Source of the DNA: Rhodospirillales bacterium
GTDB taxonomy: Bacteria; Pseudomonadota; Alphaproteobacteria; Rhodospirillales; Casp-alpha2
Assembly (NCBI GenBank): GCA_018662225.1
Contig: JABJGO010000088.1
Span: 42,830 to 106,829, forward strand
Direction of reading: 5' to 3'
Length of the DNA stretch: 64,000 nt
Shown: positions 10,618 through 20,630 of the stretch, in pieces
Position numbering within the stretch: position 1 is the stretch's first letter
Layout of the letters: each line of letters opens with the position of its first letter
Notes under the pieces: generated by a model
Seen by the model: the letters and a program-made list of their open reading frames with translations, nothing else
What the model was told of the DNA's origin: nothing
The model's database searches: none
Position numbers and translations under genes: made by a program

Positions 10618-11394
10618 CTAGTTACCTAACAACCCTTCAAGCAATCCACCGGCTTCTTCTGCGGCGTCTTTGACCGTATCGCCAACTTCACCCGCCACAT
10701 CGGCCGCTTTGCCGGAGATATCCGCCAGACCAAGTGACGACAGGTCAATGCCACTGGCAGCTGAACTGGAATACTTGGTGATGGCCGAGATAATCTCATC
10801 AGCGACTTCAGCCGGGCTGGCACCACCAGATTCCTTACCGATATCCGTTAAATGAATGTCCGGCAAATCGGTGCTCAGCGATGATCCATCCATGAACGAT
10901 GCCGAAATGTTGATCTTGCCGCCTTTGATGTACAGATCGTTGATCACCACTTTGGGGCCATCTTCACCACTTGATGATGAATCGGATGAGCCTGATCCGC
11001 CGGCAACCTTCTCCACATTGCTTTGGATAGCATCGATGTTTGAGCCGTTCGATCCAATTTCATAAGTGATTTCAGGCGCGCTAATCATCACTTCTTCCAC
11101 AACAATGGTGTCCATGGTCCAATCATCGCTGATCTTCACGCTGACTTCACCCAGACTGATGGCTTGCGGCGTTTTGAAGCCGTCTGGATTGCCGACGACC
11201 AAACCGCGAATACCAGCCTTGAGATCAGTCAGGCTCAAATCCACATTTGATACGGATACGGATACCTGCGTAACAGCAGAGCCTTGATCTTCAATAACGG
11301 CCTTAATGATTTTCGGCGCATTCTGACTCAGGAAAAACATGCCGCCAGCAACCGCCACAACAACAACACAAAGCCCAATAACAATCTTCTTCAT
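10618..11394 (-). CDS. Hypothetical membrane-anchored protein (single N-terminal TM, Ser/Gly-rich linker)
   Basis: Long ORF with an N-terminal hydrophobic anchor (IVIGLCVVVVAVAGGMFFL). I recognise no catalytic motifs. Confidence 0.5.
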   Translation of the reverse strand: MKKIVIGLCVVVVAVAGGMFFLSQNAPKIIKAVIEDQGSAVTQVSVSVSNVDLSLTDLKAGIRGLVVGNPDGFKTPQAISLGEVSVKISDDWTMDTIVVEEVMISAPEITYEIGSNGSNIDAIQSNVEKVAGGSGSSDSSSSGEDGPKVVINDLYIKGGKINISASFMDGSSLSTDLPDIHLTDIGKESGGASPAEVADEIISAITKYSSSAASGIDLSSLGLADISGKAADVAGEVGDTVKDAAEEAGGLLEGLLGN

Positions 11395-11464
11395 AACGAT
11401 AACCTCCTGAAAAGAACGCGTAACTCAGCGCGTTTGTAAAACCCCCGTTCCATTATGGCATGGA

Positions 11465-13108
11465 TCAGGCCTCATTAAACTTAAACCGCGCGTGCTCCGG
11501 TTTCATTTGTGGCACACCGCGGATGAAATCAGCGGCACGCTCGCCAATCATTTGTGTGGGCGCATTCAGATTCCCGCTGACCACCTGTGGCATGACAGAT
11601 GCATCCACCACCCGAAGACCTTCGATGCCGCGCACCTTCATTTCACCATCGACAACGGCCATTTCGTCATTACCCATCCGGCAGGTGGCACACGGATGGA
11701 AATCCGTACTCACCGCCGAACGGATCCAGGCTTCGACGTCCTTGTCAGATGCGTTGTCCGGGCCGGGATTAATCTCACGGCCCCGATAATCATCAAAGGC
11801 AGGTTGGGCCACGAGGTCGCGAGCCGTGCGCACAGCTTCAATCATCTCACGCCGATCGTGTTCTTCGGTCATGTAATTGAAATGCATCGCTGGTTTGTCG
11901 TCGGGTGATGCAGATTTCAGCTCAATCCGGCCTGAGCTTTTGGGCCGCAGCTGATCGACATGGATCGAAAAGGCCTGATCCATGCGGATTTCATCCCCCA
12001 CGTATTCCACCCCAAAGGGTCCAAAGTGATATTGCAGATTGGCATAATCTACATCTGAGTTACCACGCACACAGCCACCGGCCTCCCAGATGTTGGATGC
12101 CGCGATACCGGTTTGGTTGAACAACCACTGTGCACCGGCCAGAGCTTTATTGATGGGGTTTGCCACCTTGTGGATGGTTACCGGCTTGGTACATTCGTAC
12201 TTCAGGGTGATGTTGGCGTGATCCTGCAAATTCTGCCCCACACCGGGCGAATCCAGCACCACATCAATACCGTGTTCACGCAAATGATCCGCCGGACCAA
12301 CGCCCGACAACATCAGTAACTGTGGTGAATTGATCGCACCGCCTGACAGGATGACCTCCTTTTGGGCGTGCACGGTGTATGTCTTGCCTTTTCGCGTGTA
12401 TTCCACGCCCACGGCACGGTTGTCTTCAAACAGGATACGCTGAACCATGGCATGAGTTTCAAGATACAAATTAGGCCGCGACAGCGCTGGCTTTAGGTGA
12501 GCCACCGCCGCACTGCACCGCCGGCCTTTGCGTTTGGTGCTATCCAGTCGGCTGACGCCTTCCGGGTTATAACCGTTGGGATCATCGGTGCGGCCCTGCC
12601 CGGCCTGTTCACCGGCTTCAAGGAACACATCATACAATGGGTTCTTCAGGCTGGCTTGCGAGACGCTCAGCGGCCCGTCGCCCCCGTGCCATTCGCTTTC
12701 ACCCCGTTCATTGGACTCGCAGCGCCGAAAATAAGGCAGGCACTGGTCATAGGTCCATTTTTCCAACCCGAATTCTGAGGCCCAGCGGTCATAATCCTTA
12801 GGGTGACCGCGCATATAAACCATGGAATTGATAGACGACGATCCACCCAGAACCTTGCCACGGGGCATCTCAACCTGACGCTCAAACAGATCGGGTTCAG
12901 CCTCGGTGTCATAATTCCAGTTGATGCGTTTGTCCTTGTAGACCTTGTACACACCGGCCGGAATATGGATCATCAGATCGCGGTCCGCAGGGCCAGCTTC
13001 GAGGATAGCGATCTTGTCCTGACCGCCCTCGCTTAAGCGGTTAGCCAGCACACAGCCCGCCGACCCGGCGCCCACAATGACATAATCTACAACTTCGTTT
13101 CTTTTCAT
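11465..13108 (-). CDS. GMC-family FAD oxidoreductase (choline dehydrogenase-like)
   Basis: N-terminal DYVIVGAGSAGCVLANRLSE, GMC signatures and a C-terminal HPCATCRMG active-site region. Length is 547 aa. Confidence 0.85.
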   Translation of the reverse strand: MKRNEVVDYVIVGAGSAGCVLANRLSEGGQDKIAILEAGPADRDLMIHIPAGVYKVYKDKRINWNYDTEAEPDLFERQVEMPRGKVLGGSSSINSMVYMRGHPKDYDRWASEFGLEKWTYDQCLPYFRRCESNERGESEWHGGDGPLSVSQASLKNPLYDVFLEAGEQAGQGRTDDPNGYNPEGVSRLDSTKRKGRRCSAAVAHLKPALSRPNLYLETHAMVQRILFEDNRAVGVEYTRKGKTYTVHAQKEVILSGGAINSPQLLMLSGVGPADHLREHGIDVVLDSPGVGQNLQDHANITLKYECTKPVTIHKVANPINKALAGAQWLFNQTGIAASNIWEAGGCVRGNSDVDYANLQYHFGPFGVEYVGDEIRMDQAFSIHVDQLRPKSSGRIELKSASPDDKPAMHFNYMTEEHDRREMIEAVRTARDLVAQPAFDDYRGREINPGPDNASDKDVEAWIRSAVSTDFHPCATCRMGNDEMAVVDGEMKVRGIEGLRVVDASVMPQVVSGNLNAPTQMIGERAADFIRGVPQMKPEHARFKFNEA

Positions 13109-13124
13109 GTGACCATCAACTAGT

Positions 13125-13970
13125 GTGTTTCAAATTCCCGACTTTCATGATGAGGCCAGATTGATGGATGAGGCAAGAGTAATCGAACACATTACGGGCT
13201 GGCTGTCCGACTATGCGCAAAAATCAGGCACTAAAGGCTTTGTTGTCGGTGTATCAGGAGGCATTGATTCGGCCATTACCTCCACACTGGGCGCCCGCAC
13301 CGGCCTGCCCATGTTGTGTGTAGAAATGCCCATTCATCAGCCCGAAAATCAGGTCAACCGTGCCCGTCAGCACATTGAATGGCTGGAACAGAGCCACGAC
13401 AACGTACAGTCTGTCGAGGTGTCATTGACCGGCGTTTATGACGATTTTGTTGCGGCCCTATCTAAAACATCAGTGGCCGAAACATCGCCAGAGAACCTTG
13501 CCGGTCACGATATGGCCCTGGTGAATTCACGCGCGCGACTGCGTATGACCACGCTCTATTATCATGCCGCGGCCCGCGGGCTTCTGGTGCTGGGCACCGG
13601 CAACAAAGTTGAAGATTTCGGCGTGGGCTTTTACACCAAATACGGTGACGGCGGCGTTGATATATCACCCATCGCCGATCTGACCAAGACTCAGGTCTAC
13701 GCCGTGGCCAAGGGGCTGGGTATCAGCGACGAAATTATGCAGGCCCCGCCCACAGATGGTTTATGGGGCGATGACAGAACCGACGAGGACCAACTGGGCG
13801 CCACGTATCCTGAACTGGAATGGGCCATGGAATTTTCAGGTGATGAGAAAAACCTTAGTGACAGAGAGGCTGAAGTGCTTGCCATTTACCGCCGCTTGAA
13901 CCGGGCCAATCAGCACAAAATGGAACCCATTCCGGTTTGTGAAATTCCAGATGAAATGATTAAGCCATAA
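13125..13970 (+). CDS. nadE: Ammonia-dependent NAD+ synthetase
   Basis: PP-loop motif VGVSGGIDSA and NadE-like length. The start is uncertain; an alternative ATG lies at 13164. Confidence 0.85.
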   Translation: MFQIPDFHDEARLMDEARVIEHITGWLSDYAQKSGTKGFVVGVSGGIDSAITSTLGARTGLPMLCVEMPIHQPENQVNRARQHIEWLEQSHDNVQSVEVSLTGVYDDFVAALSKTSVAETSPENLAGHDMALVNSRARLRMTTLYYHAAARGLLVLGTGNKVEDFGVGFYTKYGDGGVDISPIADLTKTQVYAVAKGLGISDEIMQAPPTDGLWGDDRTDEDQLGATYPELEWAMEFSGDEKNLSDREAEVLAIYRRLNRANQHKMEPIPVCEIPDEMIKP

Positions 13971-13974
13971 CTGG

Positions 13975-14835
13975 TTATATGGCTTCAAACAGCCAGGTGA
14001 CGAATGCCTGCGCCGCAGTCTCTGCGCCCCGGCCCGAACCGATCGCCACGTAGTAGTTTTCATCAGAAACAATGGCGCCCGGCACAGGCTGGGACAATTG
14101 CCCCGATTCCAGCTTGTCACGGCACAAGAATTCTCCACACAGCGCAATGCCCTGCTTGTTTTCAGCCAGTTCAAGCGCCAGTTCATCTGAATCAACCGAC
14201 AGGCTGGCAATTGCACCAACATCCACACCGGTTTCACTGGACCACCGCCCCCAGGTATTTGCCGTCCCCATAGTGTGGATCAGAGGGCCCTGAAACGCAC
14301 CAGAATACAAAGATTCCATATCCGGGTGGCAAACGGGAAGCATGGTGTCCTGCATAAGGCGCTCGGCACCATCGCCGACCAGATCCCTCGATCCGTATCT
14401 GATCTGTACATCGCTATCCACCTTGGTGTAGTCATCCGGCCAGTTTGCGCTGACGATCCGTACATCCCGCGTAGACTGGTTATTCATAAAATTACCAATA
14501 TGGCCGCAAAGCCACAGCCGGGCGAAGCTGCTGCTACAGGCGATGACCAGAATGTCATCGCCCTGATGGGGATCAAACATCTCTGTGGCCAATGACAGAT
14601 CGGCCATAGCACCGGAAACATAAGGCATCAACCGGCGCCCGGATTCCGTTAGAGCAATACCGCGGGCCTTGCGCACGAACATCTGGGTACCCAACCGATT
14701 CTCCAGCAGGCGTACCTGCTGGCTAACGGCGGATTGAGTAATGTTCATTTCCCGCGCAGCGCCTGTAAAACTAAGATGTCGAGCCGCACATTCAAATGCC
14801 CGAAACCATGTGAGTGGTGGAAGTGATTTTGCCAT
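13975..14835 (-). CDS. LysR-family transcriptional regulator
   Basis: HTH FECAARHLSFTGAAREMNITQSAVSQQV. Start set at MAKSLPPL (14835). It is divergent from the HD/Rieske genes. Confidence 0.85.
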   Translation of the reverse strand: MAKSLPPLTWFRAFECAARHLSFTGAAREMNITQSAVSQQVRLLENRLGTQMFVRKARGIALTESGRRLMPYVSGAMADLSLATEMFDPHQGDDILVIACSSSFARLWLCGHIGNFMNNQSTRDVRIVSANWPDDYTKVDSDVQIRYGSRDLVGDGAERLMQDTMLPVCHPDMESLYSGAFQGPLIHTMGTANTWGRWSSETGVDVGAIASLSVDSDELALELAENKQGIALCGEFLCRDKLESGQLSQPVPGAIVSDENYYVAIGSGRGAETAAQAFVTWLFEAI

Positions 14836-14974
14836 AAGCCTCAACCTAGTCATAAGCAATACTAATGGCTTTGACAGTGTTTTTATCGATTGTCCAGCCA
14901 CGCAAGCGGTGTCACCTTGGTAACAGGGCCATTTTGGAATCATTTTTGAGTCGTTAATTCGACAGGGAGTTCGT

Positions 14975-15601
14975 ATGGAACAGGTCAAATTTACAGAAAT
15001 GCAACAAGGCGACGTAGAGGATTATGCCTTTCTTGAGCCATTGGAAATCGAATACGCCAGTGGCACGGGCCAGCGCGTATTCGACTCACTGGATGCGCTG
15101 GATACCAGCTTTTCAGGATTCCAGATTTCGCGCCTTGGTCATTCTGTTCAATCCGCCACCCGCGCATGGCGGGACGGTGCCGACATCGACTGGGTCGTAA
15201 GCGCGTTACTGCACGATATTGGTGATGTGTACGCGCCTTATAATCACGATGAATATGCGGCCGTTGTTCTGGCTCCGTTTGTGCGTGAACAATGCACCTG
15301 GACCGTGAAGGTTCATGCGGATTTTCAAAAATACTATTACGCTGACAAAGTGGGTGGCAACAAGGACGTGCGCGACAAATATCGCGATCATGCGTGCTTT
15401 GATGATTGTGCTGATTTTTGCGCGCTGTGGGATCAGAACAGTTTTGATCCGGCCTATGATGACCTGCCGCTGGAATTCTTCCGGCCCATGGTTTTGGAAG
15501 TTTTCGCCCGCAAAGCGTTTGATCCTGATGTGTTGCGTAGCGGCGTTCGTGAGCCGTTGGTCAATGATACCGTCGCCGCGCAGCGGAAAAAAGCGGCGTG
15601 A
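14975..15601 (+). CDS. HD-domain protein with a PhnZ/TmpB/MIOX-like diiron-oxygenase ligand pattern
   Basis: 208 aa. Candidate ligands are H56, H80-D81 (LLHDIGD), H91, H114 and D153 (ALWDQ). The block RLGHSVQSA...ALLHDIGD parallels the PhnZ pattern QLEHSLQCA...ALLHDLGH as I recall it. Confidence 0.55.
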   Translation: MEQVKFTEMQQGDVEDYAFLEPLEIEYASGTGQRVFDSLDALDTSFSGFQISRLGHSVQSATRAWRDGADIDWVVSALLHDIGDVYAPYNHDEYAAVVLAPFVREQCTWTVKVHADFQKYYYADKVGGNKDVRDKYRDHACFDDCADFCALWDQNSFDPAYDDLPLEFFRPMVLEVFARKAFDPDVLRSGVREPLVNDTVAAQRKKAA

Positions 15602-15619
15602 TTTTGAAAGGTCTATGCC

Positions 15620-16759
15620 ATGTTTGAGCAGCTGCATACTGATTTAAACGGTGTTGCGGCGCCCATCGAAACATCGGCCAGCCTGCCGCCAGCATGCTAT
15701 GCGGATGCAGACGTTGCAGGCTTGGAACGCGATGCGGTGTTCCGTACATCGTGGGTCGGCATCGGGCGATGGGATCAATGGAAAAACGTGGGCGACTACA
15801 GCGCCCTGACCATTGCCGATATTCCGGTTATTGTGGTGCGCGATAAATCCCAGGTTCTAAAGGCCTATTCCAATTCCTGTCGCCACCGGGGATCGTTGAT
15901 GCTGGAAGGCAGCGGTAATGCCCAGACCATCAGTTGCCCATTCCATCGCTGGACTTATGGTCTGGATGGTGAATTACGTGGCGCGCCCGATATGCCTGAA
16001 TGCGCAACCTTCAATAAATGTGACCATGGCCTGGTCCAGTTCCGCGCTGCCGAGCGCGACGGTTTCGCCTTTATCTGTTTCGATGATGCCACCCCGGACT
16101 TAGATGAATGGCTGGGTGATTTTTCTGAACTGCACGCGCCTTGGAAGATGGGCGAATTGGTTACAACCCGTCGGTTGGAACTTGAGGTGGATTGTAACTG
16201 GAAGGGCTTTCTTGAAGTCTTTAACGAGTACTATCACCTGCCCTATGTTCACCCCGATACCGTTGCCAATGTATATGCGCGACCAGAAGCTGCCGATGCG
16301 GTTACTGGAAAGTATGCCAGCCAGTTCAGCGTCACCGAAGGGACCGGTGGATTGCTGGAGGCAACGCAAGCCTACGCGCTGCCCGCCATTCCATGGTTGG
16401 AAGGCCGCAACAAGAGCGGCACCCGCTATACCTGGCTATTCCCCAACATGACATTTGCGGCCAGCACGGAAGCCATCTGGATTTATGAAGCAACGCCACT
16501 GGAAACAGGGCGTTGTCGGGTGGTCATGACGGTGTGTTTCCCACCGGAAACCGTGGCGCTGGATCAGTTCGAGGAATGCTCTCAAGTGTACTACGACCGC
16601 ATGGATGCGGCGCTGGCCGAAGATATCCCGGCTCTTGCCCGGTATCACAAAGGACTTGCGTCACCGTTTGCCAAACAGGGCTGCTATTGTGCCGATCTGG
16701 AACCGAATGTAGCGAGCTTCGCCTTTTGGTATGCTGATCATATGCGACAAGCAATATAG
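15620..16759 (+). CDS. Rieske [2Fe-2S] non-heme iron oxygenase alpha subunit (GbcA/CntA/Stc2-like architecture)
   Basis: Rieske motif CRHRG...CPFHRW and mononuclear-iron motif NEYYHLPYVH. Length is 379 aa. No reductase gene is adjacent. Confidence 0.85.
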   Translation: MFEQLHTDLNGVAAPIETSASLPPACYADADVAGLERDAVFRTSWVGIGRWDQWKNVGDYSALTIADIPVIVVRDKSQVLKAYSNSCRHRGSLMLEGSGNAQTISCPFHRWTYGLDGELRGAPDMPECATFNKCDHGLVQFRAAERDGFAFICFDDATPDLDEWLGDFSELHAPWKMGELVTTRRLELEVDCNWKGFLEVFNEYYHLPYVHPDTVANVYARPEAADAVTGKYASQFSVTEGTGGLLEATQAYALPAIPWLEGRNKSGTRYTWLFPNMTFAASTEAIWIYEATPLETGRCRVVMTVCFPPETVALDQFEECSQVYYDRMDAALAEDIPALARYHKGLASPFAKQGCYCADLEPNVASFAFWYADHMRQAI

Positions 16760-16765
16760 GCAAAA

Positions 16766-16798
16766 AAGAAGGCCGGCAAAGCCGACCTTCTTTTCTTC
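16766..16798. terminator. Bidirectional rho-independent terminator between convergent genes
   Basis: A 12-bp stem (11 of 12 paired) AAGAAGGCCGGC-AAA-GCCGACCTTCTT, flanked by an A-run upstream and a T-rich tract downstream. Confidence 0.55.
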
Positions 16799-16813
16799 AA
16801 ATCAATCGTGGAC

Positions 16814-18475
16814 TTAAGCGAACCACCAGCGCTCACCGAAGTGCGCACCATCCAGTTCCCAGTTGTTGCCGATGTTATCCTGCATGCCGACTTTGTCACT
16901 AACAGCCATAAGATCAGCCGCAAACAGAGGCAAACATACGCCGCCTTCCATATTGACGATCTGCTGCATCTCAACATAGATATCACGGCGTTTGGTTTGA
17001 TCCAGTTCAGCACGCCCCATGATCAGAAGTTCGTTAAACCGATCATGTTTCCAATAGGTATCGTTCCAACTGGCGTCTGCGGCGTAAACCTGAGAGAACA
17101 TCCAGTTTTCAGTTGGACGGCCACTCCAGTAACAAGCACTGAAAGCTTTTTTCATCCAAACATTGGACCAGTAGCCATCGTTAGGCTCGCGGATAACTTC
17201 CACGTCGATGCCAGCTGCACGGGCTGATTCACGCATCAGCTGACCCGCATCAACGGCACCGCCAAATCCGGTTTCCGCTGCATGGAACTGAATTTTCAGA
17301 CCATCCATGCCAGCCTTTTTCAGGTGATGTTTTGCTTTTTCAGGATCGTATGCACGCTGAGGCAACTCATCTGTGGTGGCCCGATAGAAGTTAGCTGGAC
17401 CAATAGGGTTATCATTACCCAACTCACCATTACCACGCAGGATCAGCTTCAACCACTGTTCACGATCCACGATATGTTTCACGGCCATACGAACATCATT
17501 GTTATCGTATGGCGCCGTGTCGGTACGCATGGGCAACGTAATCTGTTTGTTACCTGTGACGGAGTGAACATTGATACCAGGCGCTTTATCAAGCAAGTGA
17601 ACGGTTTTGTGTGCCACGTTGTTCATGGCATCGAACTCACCGGACTGAAGACCACTGGTACGGGCGGTGGCATCGGCGACCTGGAAAACTTCCACTTCGT
17701 CGAAATACGCCGAATTTTCTTTCCAGTAATTCGGGTTGCGTGTGGAAAGCGTACGCACACCGGGGTCATGCTCAGTGATTGAATAACTGCCGGTACCGAT
17801 ACCGGACTGCCAATCAATGGTGCCGTCGTCATTCGCCGGACACATGAGAAGGTGATAGTCGCTCAAAATATACGGGAAATCGGCATCGCCGCCGGACAAC
17901 TTCACAACAACGTTGTTCTTGCCATCAGTTTTGACGGATTCAACGCCGTTCAAAATGCCCTTGGCAGCAGATGTGGAATCCTCACCCAGATGATGATTGA
18001 GTGATGCAGCAACATCGTTGGCATCAAGCGTTTTGCCGTTTGTGAATTCAATACCTTTGCGGATATTGAAATTCCACTCGCTGGCGTCAGCAGAAGCTTC
18101 CCAGCTTTCCGCCAGTTCACCAACCAGCTCGCCATTGGCGTCAACCTCGGTGAGGTTGTTTCTGGCCTGACCAAACTGTACGACCAACATATAGAGATCG
18201 AGGATTTGACCCGGGTCCAGCGTATCACTTGTTGCGCCACCGGTCAGCGCGGTCCGCATGCGGCCACCCTTTTTCGGTGTCGCAGCCTGGACTTCGCTCA
18301 CAAAACTCGTCGCCGCAACCAACCCTACGCCGAGTGCAGCGGCACCGGTCATAAACCCGCGACGATCAATCGACCCTGATTCAAAGCCGGACTGTAGAGA
18401 AGCAATTTTAAGAGCTGTTTCACGGTCAGCTACGCCGTCTGAAAGCATTGTTTTTATAAGGTCTTTTCTAATCAT
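16814..18475 (-). CDS. ABC transporter substrate-binding protein, family 5 (peptide/nickel/opine type), with a twin-arginine signal
   Basis: 553 aa. A Tat-like motif DRRGFMTGAAALG is followed by AxA. Overall similarity to family-5 SBPs. No permease or ATPase genes are nearby. Confidence 0.85.
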   Translation of the reverse strand: MIRKDLIKTMLSDGVADRETALKIASLQSGFESGSIDRRGFMTGAAALGVGLVAATSFVSEVQAATPKKGGRMRTALTGGATSDTLDPGQILDLYMLVVQFGQARNNLTEVDANGELVGELAESWEASADASEWNFNIRKGIEFTNGKTLDANDVAASLNHHLGEDSTSAAKGILNGVESVKTDGKNNVVVKLSGGDADFPYILSDYHLLMCPANDDGTIDWQSGIGTGSYSITEHDPGVRTLSTRNPNYWKENSAYFDEVEVFQVADATARTSGLQSGEFDAMNNVAHKTVHLLDKAPGINVHSVTGNKQITLPMRTDTAPYDNNDVRMAVKHIVDREQWLKLILRGNGELGNDNPIGPANFYRATTDELPQRAYDPEKAKHHLKKAGMDGLKIQFHAAETGFGGAVDAGQLMRESARAAGIDVEVIREPNDGYWSNVWMKKAFSACYWSGRPTENWMFSQVYAADASWNDTYWKHDRFNELLIMGRAELDQTKRRDIYVEMQQIVNMEGGVCLPLFAADLMAVSDKVGMQDNIGNNWELDGAHFGERWWFA

Positions 18476-18580
18476 TATTAACTCCCTGGACTATCTGTTT
18501 TTCCTCCCTGTGAAGAAGGATATGCAAAAACCTACCATATAGAAGGAAGATTCCGCAATTTATTCGATAAATTAGTGAAT

Positions 18581-19432
18581 CTAGGCCGACAATGCCACAC
18601 CTTCCAGTGTGATCCGATGCATGACCCGGCGCTGGCCCGCGTAATCGTTGGTCGCATAGTGCCAGGTCGCGCGATTATCCCACATGGCGACGGACCCTTT
18701 CTGCCATTGAAAACGGCAGGTAAATTCGGGCTGAACACCATGATCATAGAGATAATTCAACAAAGGTTGTGATTCTTTCTGGGTCCATCCATCAAACCGG
18801 ACCGTGAAACTATCGTTCACATATAACGCCTTGCGGCCTGTATCCGGGTGGGTGATAACAACCGGGTGCAAGGCATCCTGCGTGGCCAGTTCCGGATTTC
18901 CTATTCGACCATCCTTGCGGGACTCAAGATCAACGTTCACATAACCATAGTTATGGCGGCTGGAATGCCAGGCCTGCAGGCCTTCCAGCGTTTCCTGCAT
19001 GCCTGGTGACAGGGCTTCATAGGCTTTGTACATGCTGGCAAAATGCGTATCACCGCCCATGGCAGGGACTTCACAGGCATACAGAATAGAACCCAGCGAG
19101 GGTATCTGGTCATAGGAATGATCCGTGTGCCACCCGCCGCCAATATTGTCCTTCTGGTCTGGCTCCTTTATGACCTGGGCGATCATGGGATGGGTATCCA
19201 GCGGTTTAAAAAACCGATTGATATTAATATCGCTCCACCGCTCGGCAAAGGCCACGTGCTGATCCGGAGTTATTTCCTGATCGTGGAAGAAAATGACGGA
19301 ATAGCGACCGAACGCCTCTTTAATTTCCGCAAATGTCTCGTCGTCCATCTGGGCGAGGTTCACCCCGCTGATTTCCGCCCCAAGGGCGGCAGCAACCGGC
19401 GTGACTTGAATGCGCTCAAAATTATCAGGCAT
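18581..19432 (-). CDS. TauD/TfdA-family Fe(II)/2-oxoglutarate dioxygenase
   Basis: 283 aa with WHTDHSY (HxD) and a distal His. The N-terminal layout is typical of TauD. Confidence 0.85.
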   Translation of the reverse strand: MPDNFERIQVTPVAAALGAEISGVNLAQMDDETFAEIKEAFGRYSVIFFHDQEITPDQHVAFAERWSDININRFFKPLDTHPMIAQVIKEPDQKDNIGGGWHTDHSYDQIPSLGSILYACEVPAMGGDTHFASMYKAYEALSPGMQETLEGLQAWHSSRHNYGYVNVDLESRKDGRIGNPELATQDALHPVVITHPDTGRKALYVNDSFTVRFDGWTQKESQPLLNYLYDHGVQPEFTCRFQWQKGSVAMWDNRATWHYATNDYAGQRRVMHRITLEGVALSA

Positions 19433-19456
19433 ATGGGCTCTTCCTTTGATGTCAGG

Positions 19457-20542
19457 CTACTCAAATACAATAATATTTCGCAAAGCATCACCCCGACGCA
19501 CGGATTCAATCGCCTCGTTTACCTGGTCCAGCGTGTAACGTCCGGTTATCAGCTCATCCAGTTTGAGACGGCCTTGTTTATAAAGCGATGTGAGCTTCGG
19601 AATATCTGAGACCAGCTTGGTCGATCCCATCTTGCTGCCCAATATTCTTTGCGTGGCGTCGGCCAGGTTCAATGGCGCGAACGCCGCCGTAGCACCCACT
19701 GGTGGCATGCCAACAATAACCACCGCACCACTGGGCGAGATCATTGATATGGCCTGTTCAACAGCGACCGTGGCCCCCACGGTCACAAATGCGTAATCCG
19801 CACCACGGCCATCGGTCAGCGCCTTGACCTGATCCACCACATCATTGGCACCAGCGTTTAGACCATGCGTTGCACCGAAATCCAGGGCGGCTTCAGTCTT
19901 GGCATCATTCAGATCAAGCGCAATGATCGTCTTGGCACCAGACAGGGCGGCACCCTGTACACTGTTTAGGCCCACACCACCTACGCCAATCACAACCACG
20001 TTGCTGCCCGCCGGGACTTGGGCGGTATTGGTCACAGCGCCCAGGCCCGTAATCACACCGCATGATATCAGCGAAGCGCTTTCCATGGGGATATCATCCG
20101 GGATCGGTGCCACCTGCGATGCATGAACAACAACCTGTTCCGCAAAAGCGGATGTTCCAAGCCCCTGCACAATGTCACCACGCCCGTCAGAAAATGACAG
20201 GGGACTTTTTTCACCCAATGAGAATACGGCTTCACAGTTTGTATGCGCACCTTGCGCGCAATAATGACAGGTCCCGCAGGATCGGATCAGCGTGACCAGA
20301 ACGTGATCGCCCACCTTTGTGTTTGTGACCCCGTCACCGGTGCTTTCTACGACGCCTGCGGCCTCATGCCCGTAAATGGCCGGCAACGCGCCGCCCCATT
20401 TTCCTTCCATATAGGTGATGTCACTATGGCAAATAGCACAGGCCGAGAGTCGGACTTTCACCTCACCAGATTGTGGATCAGCAATGTCCACGTCTTCGAT
20501 AACCAAAGGCTTTCCAAATTCGTGGCAAACAGCCGCTTTCAT
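19457..20542 (-). CDS. Zn-dependent alcohol dehydrogenase (MDR family)
   Basis: Catalytic and structural Zn Cys/His pattern (CAICHSD; CGTCHYCAQG) and a Rossmann motif VIGVGGVG. Confidence 0.85.
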   Translation of the reverse strand: MKAAVCHEFGKPLVIEDVDIADPQSGEVKVRLSACAICHSDITYMEGKWGGALPAIYGHEAAGVVESTGDGVTNTKVGDHVLVTLIRSCGTCHYCAQGAHTNCEAVFSLGEKSPLSFSDGRGDIVQGLGTSAFAEQVVVHASQVAPIPDDIPMESASLISCGVITGLGAVTNTAQVPAGSNVVVIGVGGVGLNSVQGAALSGAKTIIALDLNDAKTEAALDFGATHGLNAGANDVVDQVKALTDGRGADYAFVTVGATVAVEQAISMISPSGAVVIVGMPPVGATAAFAPLNLADATQRILGSKMGSTKLVSDIPKLTSLYKQGRLKLDELITGRYTLDQVNEAIESVRRGDALRNIIVFE

Positions 20543-20630
20543 TTAACGATCTCCTGACCGGAAGGAAATTGAACGTTGCGTGAGAGTATCTTACGATGGC
20601 TGGAAACCAGTGCAACCGGAATCCTTGCCC

